A DNA stretch of 20,000 bases, from the IMG/VR virus record IMGVR_UViG_2623621010_000003; one strand, 5' to 3'. The notes below the pieces were generated by a model. That model was not told the DNA's origin. It worked only from the letters and a program-made list of their open reading frames with translations, and made no database searches. The stretch is from an uncultured virus (IMG/VR IMGVR_UViG_2623621010_000003) (lineage: Duplodnaviria > Heunggongvirae > Uroviricota > Caudoviricetes). The position numbers and the translations under genes were made by a program. Each line of letters opens with the position of its first letter. Position 1 is the first letter of the stretch. This document shows, piece after piece, positions 8,969 through 16,772 of the stretch.

Positions 8969-10162
8969 TTAAGGTACAGGAACAATGTCACCATAGATGA
9001 ATGCTTCAGGACGATACACCGCCAAAGCCAAGCGCTCTTCAGCAAGAATTGTTACCAAGTTTTTGATGAAGTCATCTTCGTTTTCTGTCGCTACTTCAAC
9101 ACGAGATAACCAGCGGTCAAACAGTTGAGCCCCCATAGAGAAAGCGCCCGTCAGGAACTTATTCACTGTAATTGCTTGGGTTTCTACAACTGGCAATTTC
9201 CATAAAGTTGGGTTTAATGCTCCCTGTGGATTGCCAATAATGTACTGGCCCGAAGTGTCTTTCAGTGTTTCGATCGCAGCCCAATCAATCGGGTTCAATA
9301 CATGTCCACTTGCTGGGTATTCAGCTAGGACTGCTTGTAACATTGCGAAGCGCAAGGTATCAATTTTACTTTCTGCTGAAGTTGTGACACCCGCTGGACG
9401 AACATATGGGGTTGCTTGTGGAATGATACCCAGTAAGTTTTGACCAGTACCATCGCCATTCAGAATTTGGTTTTCTTCTTTGAACGCCAAGCCATAACGT
9501 AAGCGACCATCAATATAAGACTGTAACTGCGATGCATCATCCAAAATTTGACGCGATGCCTTCATGAAATGTGCAATTACTTTTGCATTTGTCGATTTCA
9601 AATCAAATTTGATATCAGACTGTGGCTTCAATGCACCTTCCGCGACCATTGCTGCTGCATTGGTAAAACCTGTTTCTTGTACGAATTCCAAAGCGTTGCC
9701 ATCCATACGACCAGGCATAAGCAAATCACGAATCGTAAGCTTACGCTCAGGTGGCGCAACGATGCCAGGAATACGTGTGGTTTGCACTAAATCACCTGCT
9801 GCACCTGCTGTATCTGTTGTTGCAGAAGTAATCGTGGCTTTAATTTCAAGATTTGCTTTACCTCGCTGTCCAGCTGAACCTTGCAATGATTTAAATTGCT
9901 CAGTTTCCACAAACTGACGCCCCAAAGACTTAAATTCTTCAGGTGCATCGCTCGGACGGCGGGCCATTTTCTGCTCAAGTTCATCTAAACGCGCTTTGGT
10001 TTCATTCAGCTTGGTAATCGCTTCATCGGCTGCCTGTTTGGCACCTTCCGCAATTTTATCACCATGTTCACGCTTACCTTTGAAGTCTTCGGCGATTCCT
10101 TTGACTTCATCAACTTGTTTTTTAAACTCTTGAGCGAGTTGTTCTAAATTCTGATCAGGCAT
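8969..10162 (-). CDS. Major capsid protein, HK97 fold with N-terminal coiled-coil delta domain
   Basis: 397 aa. Coiled-coil N-terminus, AAMVAEGALKPQSDIKF, DDFIKNLVTILAEERLALAVYRPEAF. Confidence 0.97.
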   Translation of the reverse strand: MPDQNLEQLAQEFKKQVDEVKGIAEDFKGKREHGDKIAEGAKQAADEAITKLNETKARLDELEQKMARRPSDAPEEFKSLGRQFVETEQFKSLQGSAGQRGKANLEIKATITSATTDTAGAAGDLVQTTRIPGIVAPPERKLTIRDLLMPGRMDGNALEFVQETGFTNAAAMVAEGALKPQSDIKFDLKSTNAKVIAHFMKASRQILDDASQLQSYIDGRLRYGLAFKEENQILNGDGTGQNLLGIIPQATPYVRPAGVTTSAESKIDTLRFAMLQAVLAEYPASGHVLNPIDWAAIETLKDTSGQYIIGNPQGALNPTLWKLPVVETQAITVNKFLTGAFSMGAQLFDRWLSRVEVATENEDDFIKNLVTILAEERLALAVYRPEAFIYGDIVPVP

Positions 10163-10814
10163 TGCTGACTCCTTTTAAGATATTTAAAGCATTTGAAATA
10201 GATTTCGCTTCTTTGATTTCTTCCTCTGACTCGCTCAGAAGAGATCGCAACCCTTTGCTAGCGATGGCAGTAGATTGCGATTTTGAAAATCCTGACTCTC
10301 TCAAGAATTTTTCAAATTCTGGTAACGTTGGCAGTTCGCCTTCATCTAATTTGGATTTAACTGAAGTAATCAGACTTCGATCATTCGCTGGCTGAGTCAC
10401 GATAGAGATTTCACCAATATCAACCTCGATCAACTCTCGAATCCCATTGCCTTGCTGATTTGCCTTCTTGGTGGAATATCCAATGCTTAAACCATCAATG
10501 GCACCCGCTTTCAGAAGTGCATGTGTGGATTTAGCTCTCGGCACATCATCAATAAGCAATTTACCTTCAACGAATAGTCCTTTTTCGTCTTCGTAAATGT
10601 TGGTGTAGATCCCAATTGGTTCGCTGTCGTTGTGGTTCCAAAGCACTGGTGGAAATTTATTTTTGGTTTTCCATTTATCGAGGGATACTTTGAAAGCCCC
10701 TGGCAAAATCACATCGTTGTACCAATCGATATTTCCAAAAACCGCCCCATAGCCCGAAAAAAAACCGTCCTCTTGGACGGCTTTAATTGCTAAATTAAAA
10801 CTTTTTCTATTCAC
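10155..10814 (-). CDS. HK97-family prohead protease
   Basis: Motifs FSGYGAVFGNID, VLWNH, GLSIGY, EISIVTQPAN. Start re-called at GTG 10814 (GGGG RBS, overlapping the portal stop) instead of the track's 10922. Confidence 0.93.
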   Translation of the reverse strand: MNRKSFNLAIKAVQEDGFFSGYGAVFGNIDWYNDVILPGAFKVSLDKWKTKNKFPPVLWNHNDSEPIGIYTNIYEDEKGLFVEGKLLIDDVPRAKSTHALLKAGAIDGLSIGYSTKKANQQGNGIRELIEVDIGEISIVTQPANDRSLITSVKSKLDEGELPTLPEFEKFLRESGFSKSQSTAIASKGLRSLLSESEEEIKEAKSISNALNILKGVSNA

Positions 10815-12042
10815 TTGTTTTCCCCTGTTCTTGTCCCAAAGACACCATTTGCATTTGCACCATGAGTTGATCTGCCGTTGGATCTTCAGCACGTGGCATA
10901 TCCTCAAGCTCACGTACTTCATTTCGGGTATATAGCCCGTTTTGGGTCATCTTCACGTAGAAATCTGCTCTTGCTGTGTTATTTGCACGCAATAGACCAT
11001 CTACAGCAAATTTAGGGCGATATTTGTATTTGTCCTGCGGCAATAGCAATTTGCGAGAAATGGTTTGCTCATATCGAACCAATTGAGGATTCAGTGAGTA
11101 GGTTAAAAAACCTTGATTAGTCTGCTCAAGGCTAGATGCCCAAGAGCTTGCTTTATTGGTATGTCCAATCAATTGCGGTGGAACCCCAAATGCTCGACAA
11201 ATTTCCTCAATTCCAAAGTAGCGAGATTCAAGAAGTTGCGCATCAATCGGATTAATTCGAATAGCACTGGCAGAAGCAAGCTTCATCCCCGCCTCAAGAA
11301 TCATGTATTTACCTGAGTTTTCAGGCTTACTGAACTCTGCTAAATGGTTGCGCATCCGTGTACGCTGCTCACCTGTGAGCGTTTGCTCCCCTGTTTCAAG
11401 GAAACCCCCAACCTTTAATCCATTTTTAAACCAGTCTTGAGCCTGATTATTAGCATCAAACTGCATGCCTATGGTTTGGGCAAAAAATTGAATTGCTGAA
11501 AGTCCAACGTAACCATCCAAGGTGAAACCTTTAAAATGCAAGATTTCATCATCAGTATAGATTTTAACTTTGCCATTTTCGGTGTAATGATATTCAAAGC
11601 CACCATCTTTCAAGCGCTTCTTAACCATTTCACTAGGGAAAAGTGGCTCTAATGAAATAACGCTTCGATCATTTCGGCGTGTAATATAGCTGTAGGCATT
11701 ACCCCATAGATCTAAACATGCAGATTGGATCTGCCAAAATTCACTTGCGCACATATCTGCATTGGGCGAATCATGTAAAACTCGGTAAAGACCATGATCT
11801 TTGGCGATCTTTTTATTTGAATCATATAAATGCAATGGTAGTGTTGAGATGGTTTCAGCACGCAATTTCACGCATGCCCAAACTGCTGAAAGCTTTAAGG
11901 CTGTTTCAGGGCTGACGACCGCTCCACCAGATGACAGATAGCTATCAAAAGGATATGAAGTATCCCCCTTTTTCAATTGGGTTCTTCCAGTCAATCGTGA
12001 CCAGAAACGGGACCAAAAACCCATGTCTTGTAAATCGCTCAT
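10807..12042 (-). CDS. HK97-family portal protein
   Basis: Motifs ALKLSAVWACV, LWGNAY, EILHFK...G.SAI, QLLESR...EEICRAFGVPP, TRNEVRELE. Confidence 0.97.
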   Translation of the reverse strand: MSDLQDMGFWSRFWSRLTGRTQLKKGDTSYPFDSYLSSGGAVVSPETALKLSAVWACVKLRAETISTLPLHLYDSNKKIAKDHGLYRVLHDSPNADMCASEFWQIQSACLDLWGNAYSYITRRNDRSVISLEPLFPSEMVKKRLKDGGFEYHYTENGKVKIYTDDEILHFKGFTLDGYVGLSAIQFFAQTIGMQFDANNQAQDWFKNGLKVGGFLETGEQTLTGEQRTRMRNHLAEFSKPENSGKYMILEAGMKLASASAIRINPIDAQLLESRYFGIEEICRAFGVPPQLIGHTNKASSWASSLEQTNQGFLTYSLNPQLVRYEQTISRKLLLPQDKYKYRPKFAVDGLLRANNTARADFYVKMTQNGLYTRNEVRELEDMPRAEDPTADQLMVQMQMVSLGQEQGKTSE

Positions 12043-13730
12043 GCTATCACGACATCCTCTAAATACCCGTCAATGTCAAAATTCTTTGCTTCAGGTGCAA
12101 GACTCATCAATGCCACAGCGTTAAACATCGCAATCACCGGGTCAATCTTGCCAATACCAGAGTCCTGCTTAGTAATTCGCATCCCGTTACCGATCATCAC
12201 GACTCGTGCATTGCCTACGCACCAAACCATAAGTTGTTGCCCTGCATGCCAAAGGTTGCCCTCTGCCAATTTCCGCTCGGTTGTCATGATATAGCCCATG
12301 AGCTTATGGCCTTGTGGTACCGCTACAAGAACCTCTTCAGGGATGCCTGCACCTGTTAGTCCATCAATAAGACCGCCTAGACCTTGTGGATCTAATCCAA
12401 TTTTGTCGAGCTTCCCGCTGTCATAAATTTGCTTTGCGATTAGCGCCAACTGATCAATGTCTTCACCCACTTTATCGACAACAACAAGGCTCCCTTCTTT
12501 CTCAAAGTCTTTATACTTTGGGATATTCTCTTTACGGCGTTCTAAGGCAAGTTTATTCGCCCAAGCCCTACTCCAGAGCCACCAAATACGTGGATCTTTC
12601 TTTAACCGCCCTAAGGCTGCAAAACCAAGTAAGTCATCGAGTCCACCACCATCAATTCCCAAGGTGATCAACTCAGATTGCTCAATCAAATGCTCAAGGC
12701 CAAATACATGCTTTTGCTGATTCCAATATTCAGCACCTGCCCAACGGTTTGCACGCAGGTTCATGCCGATTTCGATGTTCAAATGCTTGGCAAGAAAGTC
12801 TCGAAGTGACTCTTCACCCGCATCTTTAACCTTATTGAACTCTGAAATCAGATACTCAAGGTCAACAGAAGCACCTAAATTCGGGTTGGTGATGTAGAAA
12901 TTCTCTGGTTTTAAGTGCTCACCAGCTTCCACCAGGTGTTTAGGAAATTCATAAATCAGCGGTAAAAAGGCTTTATCTTCCTTAATTCCATCTCTTACAT
13001 CGCGGGCATAATCCAATAATTGCTTAAATACCCCGCATGGCACTTCATCTGACATGGTAGACAGATAAATCACACATCCTTCTGGACGAGATGCCAAACC
13101 ACCTTTCGCTTCACGGAACATGGATTCCGCATTGGCACGTTTACCAAAAAGCCAAACCTCATCTATCAAAATGATAGAGGCTTTCTTACCTGCTGCGGCA
13201 TTAGATTCGGCTGCAATCACTTTAAGTGTGGCACCAGTGCCTAAATGCGTTACCGTTTTAGTGTGCTCAGAAATATTGATCATTGCACTGAGCTCTTCAT
13301 CTGCCTTGATGAAGTCTCGGATCGGGTTGAAACTATTGTCGGCAACTTCTTTCGTTGGTGCCAAAATAATAAGTTCCGCTGAAAGCCGGTCATTCAACAG
13401 CAGCAAAGTCAGCATGATTCCAGCAGCTATCGTTGATTTCGTATTTTTCTTGGAAATCAGAAGAAAAAATTCACGAATTAAACGGCGTCTAGTTTCTGGA
13501 TTTAAAGCACCTGCAATTGCTCGGACAAATTCAATCACCCAATCCAAAGTGACATCGCCCATCTTCGGGCTATCCATCACATCGACAAGGATTAGCTCTT
13601 TAAAAATGCGCTCTGCAACATCTGCCACTTGAGGAAACAATGGTTCACATGGCATGAGCGACTGTTTTTTGACAATACGCTCCTCCCAGTCTGGGCAAGC
13701 TGTTGTCCATTCTGGGAGCATTGCGGTCAT
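12039..13730 (-). CDS. terL: Terminase large subunit
   Basis: 563 aa. Walker A variant ISKKNTKST, Walker B IILIDE, nuclease motif GIDGGGLDD, C-terminal KIDPVIAMFNA. Confidence 0.96.
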   Translation of the reverse strand: MTAMLPEWTTACPDWEERIVKKQSLMPCEPLFPQVADVAERIFKELILVDVMDSPKMGDVTLDWVIEFVRAIAGALNPETRRRLIREFFLLISKKNTKSTIAAGIMLTLLLLNDRLSAELIILAPTKEVADNSFNPIRDFIKADEELSAMINISEHTKTVTHLGTGATLKVIAAESNAAAGKKASIILIDEVWLFGKRANAESMFREAKGGLASRPEGCVIYLSTMSDEVPCGVFKQLLDYARDVRDGIKEDKAFLPLIYEFPKHLVEAGEHLKPENFYITNPNLGASVDLEYLISEFNKVKDAGEESLRDFLAKHLNIEIGMNLRANRWAGAEYWNQQKHVFGLEHLIEQSELITLGIDGGGLDDLLGFAALGRLKKDPRIWWLWSRAWANKLALERRKENIPKYKDFEKEGSLVVVDKVGEDIDQLALIAKQIYDSGKLDKIGLDPQGLGGLIDGLTGAGIPEEVLVAVPQGHKLMGYIMTTERKLAEGNLWHAGQQLMVWCVGNARVVMIGNGMRITKQDSGIGKIDPVIAMFNAVALMSLAPEAKNFDIDGYLEDVVIA

Positions 13731-13752
13731 GTTTTATTCCATAAAATACGAG

Positions 13753-13905
13753 TTATAGAATTGGTTTTACTTCTAGGTTTTGCGTGAATGCTTCTTTCCA
13801 AACATTATTTACATGGACAAGCCACTTACCTTTCTTGTTCTTTGCGTACGCCCATCCAAACGATGTCTTAGCAAGGTGTGTTGCATCTTTAGGTTTTGAG
13901 ATCAT
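13753..13905 (-). CDS. Small 50 aa hypothetical protein between terS and terL
   Basis: Not in the ORF track. GAGGTG RBS, MISKPKDATHLAKTSFGWAYAKNKKGKWLVHVNNVWKEAFTQNLEVKPIL*. Fills most of the intergenic gap. Confidence 0.75.
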   Translation of the reverse strand: MISKPKDATHLAKTSFGWAYAKNKKGKWLVHVNNVWKEAFTQNLEVKPIL

Positions 13906-13912
13906 AAACACC

Positions 13913-14392
13913 TCAACTCGGTAATTGACTGTTTAAAGTTCCAAACTTCCCACTTTGGGTGGCTTTCTTTGCTTCTTCTGCTTTTGATTCTTTCTTGCCT
14001 TTATCGGCAACCTTGCCATGTACATAAGGCAGCGCGGCCTTAGCAGCATTCACCCGCATGAACATGTCATCGCTTTTATTCATCACATCAATGAGAAACT
14101 GCAGCGGATCATCTTTGGCGTAGTTCTCATCATCCAAAGGGTTGTCATTTTCCCCACTATCCACTGAGTTAACTTTTGGTTTTTCTGGAGTTAACTTTTC
14201 AGGTTTAGAAGTTAACTTTTTGACTGATTTAAATTGTTCTATATATGCAATTACTTCAGGGATTTTTGCTAATTTTGAACCCTGCTGCATTGCAGATTTT
14301 TCACTGTATCCTGCTGAAATTGCAGCATCTTTATTGCTCATACCATCAACAACAGCTTGAGCAAAAGCTTTCATTTTTGCTGTTAAAGCCAT
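13913..14392 (-). CDS. terS: Terminase small subunit
   Basis: N-terminal HTH LTAKMKAFAQAVVDGMSNKDAAISAGYSEKSA, then DPLQFLIDVMN...RVNAAKAALPYVH. AAGGAG RBS. Confidence 0.92.
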   Translation of the reverse strand: MALTAKMKAFAQAVVDGMSNKDAAISAGYSEKSAMQQGSKLAKIPEVIAYIEQFKSVKKLTSKPEKLTPEKPKVNSVDSGENDNPLDDENYAKDDPLQFLIDVMNKSDDMFMRVNAAKAALPYVHGKVADKGKKESKAEEAKKATQSGKFGTLNSQLPS

Positions 14393-14423
14393 TGCGACTC
14401 CTTAACTCTAAAAGTTAACTTTT
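14167..14423. repeat. Four copies of AGTTAACTTTT (14167, 14189, 14210, 14413)
   Basis: Exact 11-mers read directly. The last lies in the perfect palindrome AAAAGTTAACTTTT (14410-14423). Confidence 0.85.
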
Positions 14424-14427
14424 AACT

Positions 14428-14512
14428 AAAAAGGGAAATTTTTTTATACGTGAGATGGGCGGTGGTGTCCGCTGATAAATGATTTTGAACTTTTTACCTC
14501 CCCCCTCCCAAC
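14428..14512 (-). other. Putative cos/packaging initiation region
   Basis: HNH-terS intergenic region. Minus strand has a G-run (GGGAGGGGGGAGG), a GC-rich core CGGACACCACCGCCC and an A-tract, the layout expected for HK97-like cos phages. The exact cut site cannot be determined. Confidence 0.55.
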
Positions 14513-14533
14513 GGCGATGAGCTCTTTTTTCAA

Positions 14534-14818
14534 TCATAGTCTGCTCTCCTGCTGGGTTTTCTTCTTATGGCAGTCAATGCACAACGACCAAAGATTGCTT
14601 GGGTCATCTGTTCCACCTTGCGCCGTGTTGATCTTATGGTCACATTCCAATTGATGTGTGACTAGACCACAGAGTTGACAGGTATAACCATCACGTACAT
14701 GGATGCTTTCTTTTAGTCTACGCCAAGGGCGACCACCACGACCTGTTCCCCAGTTTTTCTTGGGTTCAGTCTGTTGACGGCGTATCTCTAGCCTTGGCTT
14801 AAGTGTCTGTAGTTTCAT
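14534..14818 (-). CDS. HNH endonuclease (terminase cofactor, HK97 gp74-like)
   Basis: RDGYTCQLCG...CDHKIN...GGTDDPSNLWSLCIDCHKKKT, directly upstream of terS. Confidence 0.95.
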   Translation of the reverse strand: MKLQTLKPRLEIRRQQTEPKKNWGTGRGGRPWRRLKESIHVRDGYTCQLCGLVTHQLECDHKINTAQGGTDDPSNLWSLCIDCHKKKTQQESRL

Positions 14819-14829
14819 GGGGCAAACCC

Positions 14830-15066
14830 TTAGTCATCATCCAAGTTACGTGATTGTGGTTCATCCTCATCGCCAACGATCTCATCGAGCAGCATGCGGA
14901 TCTGTGCAGTCTGGTCACTGTTGATTTGTATGAGTTGGTTGTTCTGTTGGATCAGTTGATTGGTTTGATCGGTCAGTTTGTTGTTCTGTTCCACCAACTG
15001 ATTGTTCTGCTGTACCAGTTGTAAGACGATTGATTGCAAGTTGCAGTCGTTGTTTGCTGTACTCAT
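14830..15066 (-). CDS. Gln/Asn-rich heptad-repeat (coiled-coil) small protein
   Basis: 78 aa, LVQQNNQ-LVEQNNK-LTDQTNQ-LIQQNNQ-LIQINSD. Stops 11 nt before the HNH start. RBS is weak. Confidence 0.6.
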   Translation of the reverse strand: MSTANNDCNLQSIVLQLVQQNNQLVEQNNKLTDQTNQLIQQNNQLIQINSDQTAQIRMLLDEIVGDEDEPQSRNLDDD

Positions 15067-15115
15067 ACATTGCCTTTAGTTTTTGACGGCGTTCTTCACA
15101 GCCTTTGCAAGACAT
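14915..15115 (-). CDS. Small hypothetical protein with N-terminal CxxC (MSCKGCEERR...)
   Basis: Start re-called at ATG 15115 with GAGGTG RBS, downstream of the terminator. 66 aa. Confidence 0.65.
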   Translation of the reverse strand: MSCKGCEERRQKLKAMYEYSKQRLQLAINRLTTGTAEQSVGGTEQQTDRSNQSTDPTEQPTHTNQQ

Positions 15116-15129
15116 AGACACCTCGGAAT

Positions 15130-15170
15130 AAAAAAGAAAAACCGCACCAACTTTCTCAAGCAGTGCGGTC
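15130..15170 (-). terminator. Intrinsic terminator upstream of the packaging module
   Basis: Minus strand ACCGCAC-(15 nt)-GTGCGGT-TTTTCTTTTTT. Confidence 0.65.
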
Positions 15171-15203
15171 TTATGTGCCGTAATCCATTCGGCCAAGGAG
15201 AAT

Positions 15204-15226
15204 AAAAAACCACCCGAAGATGGTTT
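15204..15226 (-). terminator. Intrinsic terminator after the TonB_C gene
   Basis: Minus strand AAACCATC-TTCG-GGTGG-TTTTTT (cUUCGg loop). Confidence 0.8.
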
Positions 15227-15295
15227 ACTTACAATTTAAAAGATTGTCAGATTTAGTTCATTCAGACTGGTAAAATTTAACTGTTTAAATAACAA

Positions 15296-15943
15296 CTAGT
15301 CGATCGTATTTGAGTCTTCAGAAAATCTAAAAGAACTAGTAATACGTATAGGATATGGCTTACCATTAACAATTAATGGATAAAAATTAGCCTGCTTACG
15401 ATATTCATTTAAAGCATAATTATCCAATTCTGGTAATCCACTACTCACTTTAATCTCAGATTTGGTTAAATTTCCATTATCATCAGCTTCTGCATATATT
15501 CCAACGTATAAGGTTTGACCTTCAAGCTTTTGCTTCACAAAAAAGAATTTCGGATAATGTTTATATTTAGGCTCTCTTGAAACCTCTAATAAAAAAGGTT
15601 GTACTGCTCTAATAGGATAATAAATTCCATTCTCTTGATAAGGCTGAAATTTAGAACGCTTTACTGCATTTAGTACTTTTGTGTCTATTGATTCAAGCCC
15701 ACTACTTTCTATTACTTCTGCGGATTTAATAATACCATTTGCATTCGTCTTAAACTCAACCCTCACTATTCGGTCATATCCTAAAAGCTCTCTATTCTTG
15801 AATTTTATTATTGGTGCTCTTTGCCATTTTACGCCTTTCGGTTGTTCTTTAATGGTTTGGACATCCTGTGCATTCGCAGTGAAACTCAGACAAAAAATCA
15901 GGCCTATTAGGGTTTTAAATAAAATATTCATTATAAATTTCAT
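15296..15943 (-). CDS. Secreted protein with two TonB C-terminal domains
   Basis: Signal peptide ending in ANA/Q, then two repeats of V....NG....V..SSG...D...L......F.P...NG..YPIR. No SxxxH transmembrane anchor or Pro-rich linker. Start may be 15931. Confidence 0.8.
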   Translation of the reverse strand: MKFIMNILFKTLIGLIFCLSFTANAQDVQTIKEQPKGVKWQRAPIIKFKNRELLGYDRIVRVEFKTNANGIIKSAEVIESSGLESIDTKVLNAVKRSKFQPYQENGIYYPIRAVQPFLLEVSREPKYKHYPKFFFVKQKLEGQTLYVGIYAEADDNGNLTKSEIKVSSGLPELDNYALNEYRKQANFYPLIVNGKPYPIRITSSFRFSEDSNTID

Positions 15944-16077
15944 GTAGATAATGTTTTATGATCTTTAAAAGATTAGCACTATAGAATAAAAACAGTTTGC
16001 AATAAAATATTATTTTTTCTTTTAATTAATTCAACTCTAATTGAAAACAAAAGATCTGTTTATTTAGAGGTGTTCTC

Positions 16078-16239
16078 TTAACCAATGAACCATATAAATC
16101 CAATCAAAACTATCAACCCAACTATACCCGCTGCCATCCATTCTGATTTTGGATAGCCGATTAAATTATTTGAGTTGCTATAGTCAGGTCGTTGTCGATC
16201 AGTGTTATTTTTCTTGTTATGTAAATTATCTACTTTTAG
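16078..16239 (-). pseudogene. Startless gene remnant with a C-terminal transmembrane helix
   Basis: 53 open codons ...NLIGYPKSEWMAAGIVGLIVLIGFIWFIG*. In-frame TAA at 16240-16242 and no usable 5' start; abuts a hairpin. Confidence 0.45.
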
Positions 16240-16243
16240 TTAC

Positions 16244-16265
16244 AACCCTACATCCGCAGGGTTTT
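16244..16265. terminator. Hairpin/terminator after the 119 aa ORF
   Basis: Minus strand AACCCTGC-GGAT-GTAGGGTT. The T-run is better on the plus strand. Confidence 0.5.
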
Positions 16266-16284
16266 GAAAATTAAGTAGTAACTT

Positions 16285-16644
16285 TCATGCTGGCGCATTA
16301 AACCAATTTGGATTTGTCTCCATCAACTCACCGTTAGAAAAAGAAACCTGTCTAAAATTTTGGCTTATTAATGGTTCGCCATTTTCCCCTTTCAAGTTGT
16401 ATCGTTTACTGAGTTTCAGAGCAAGCTGATTAGAGCGAACGATCAAGCCTGAGTAAGTAAAGAAATCGTTTGGGTTTAAATATCTCAATGCATTCCAAAC
16501 ACCCATCATCTTAAAGTTTTGTTGGATGACGGCTTCTACTAATTGTTGAACAGATGAAATAAGGTTTTCAATTCTCCGTACAATATTTACCATGTCATAA
16601 ATATTAAATTTAATTACGAATCGCCATGCTTTATATATTTGCAA
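16285..16644 (-). CDS. Hypothetical protein, possibly a 5'-decayed gene
   Basis: 119 aa ORF from TTG with in-frame stops upstream. The true start is uncertain. Confidence 0.45.
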   Translation of the reverse strand: MQIYKAWRFVIKFNIYDMVNIVRRIENLISSVQQLVEAVIQQNFKMMGVWNALRYLNPNDFFTYSGLIVRSNQLALKLSKRYNLKGENGEPLISQNFRQVSFSNGELMETNPNWFNAPA

Positions 16645-16772
16645 TTCTGTTTCTACTCTTCATTGCATACCATTACAGACTTGATCAAGCTTCAGGAATT
16701 GGTCAATTCCTCTTATACCTTATCATTCTGTTAATAGTGGTTTGCATAAGAAGTGCTTGGCGTGTTCTGACA

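Noticed and set aside
10815..10922. Cys-rich N-terminal extension of the protease in the ORF track
   Set aside because: It overlaps the portal C-terminus. GTG at 10814 with an RBS gives the normal family N-terminus.
13431..13457. TerL Walker A lacks the canonical Gly (KKNTKST)
   Set aside because: KKNxKS-type variants are familiar in this terminase subgroup and the other motifs are intact, so this is not evidence of inactivation.
13120..13632. 170 aa plus-strand ORF, and the other plus-strand ORFs in the track
   Set aside because: They lie antisense to well-supported phage genes, and most have the Ser/Ile/Phe-rich composition of reverse-frame shadows.
15947..15965. Possible Fur box upstream of the TonB_C gene (GATAATG…)
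   Set aside because: Only a half-site, about 10 of 19 positions matching in AT-rich DNA, which is not enough support.
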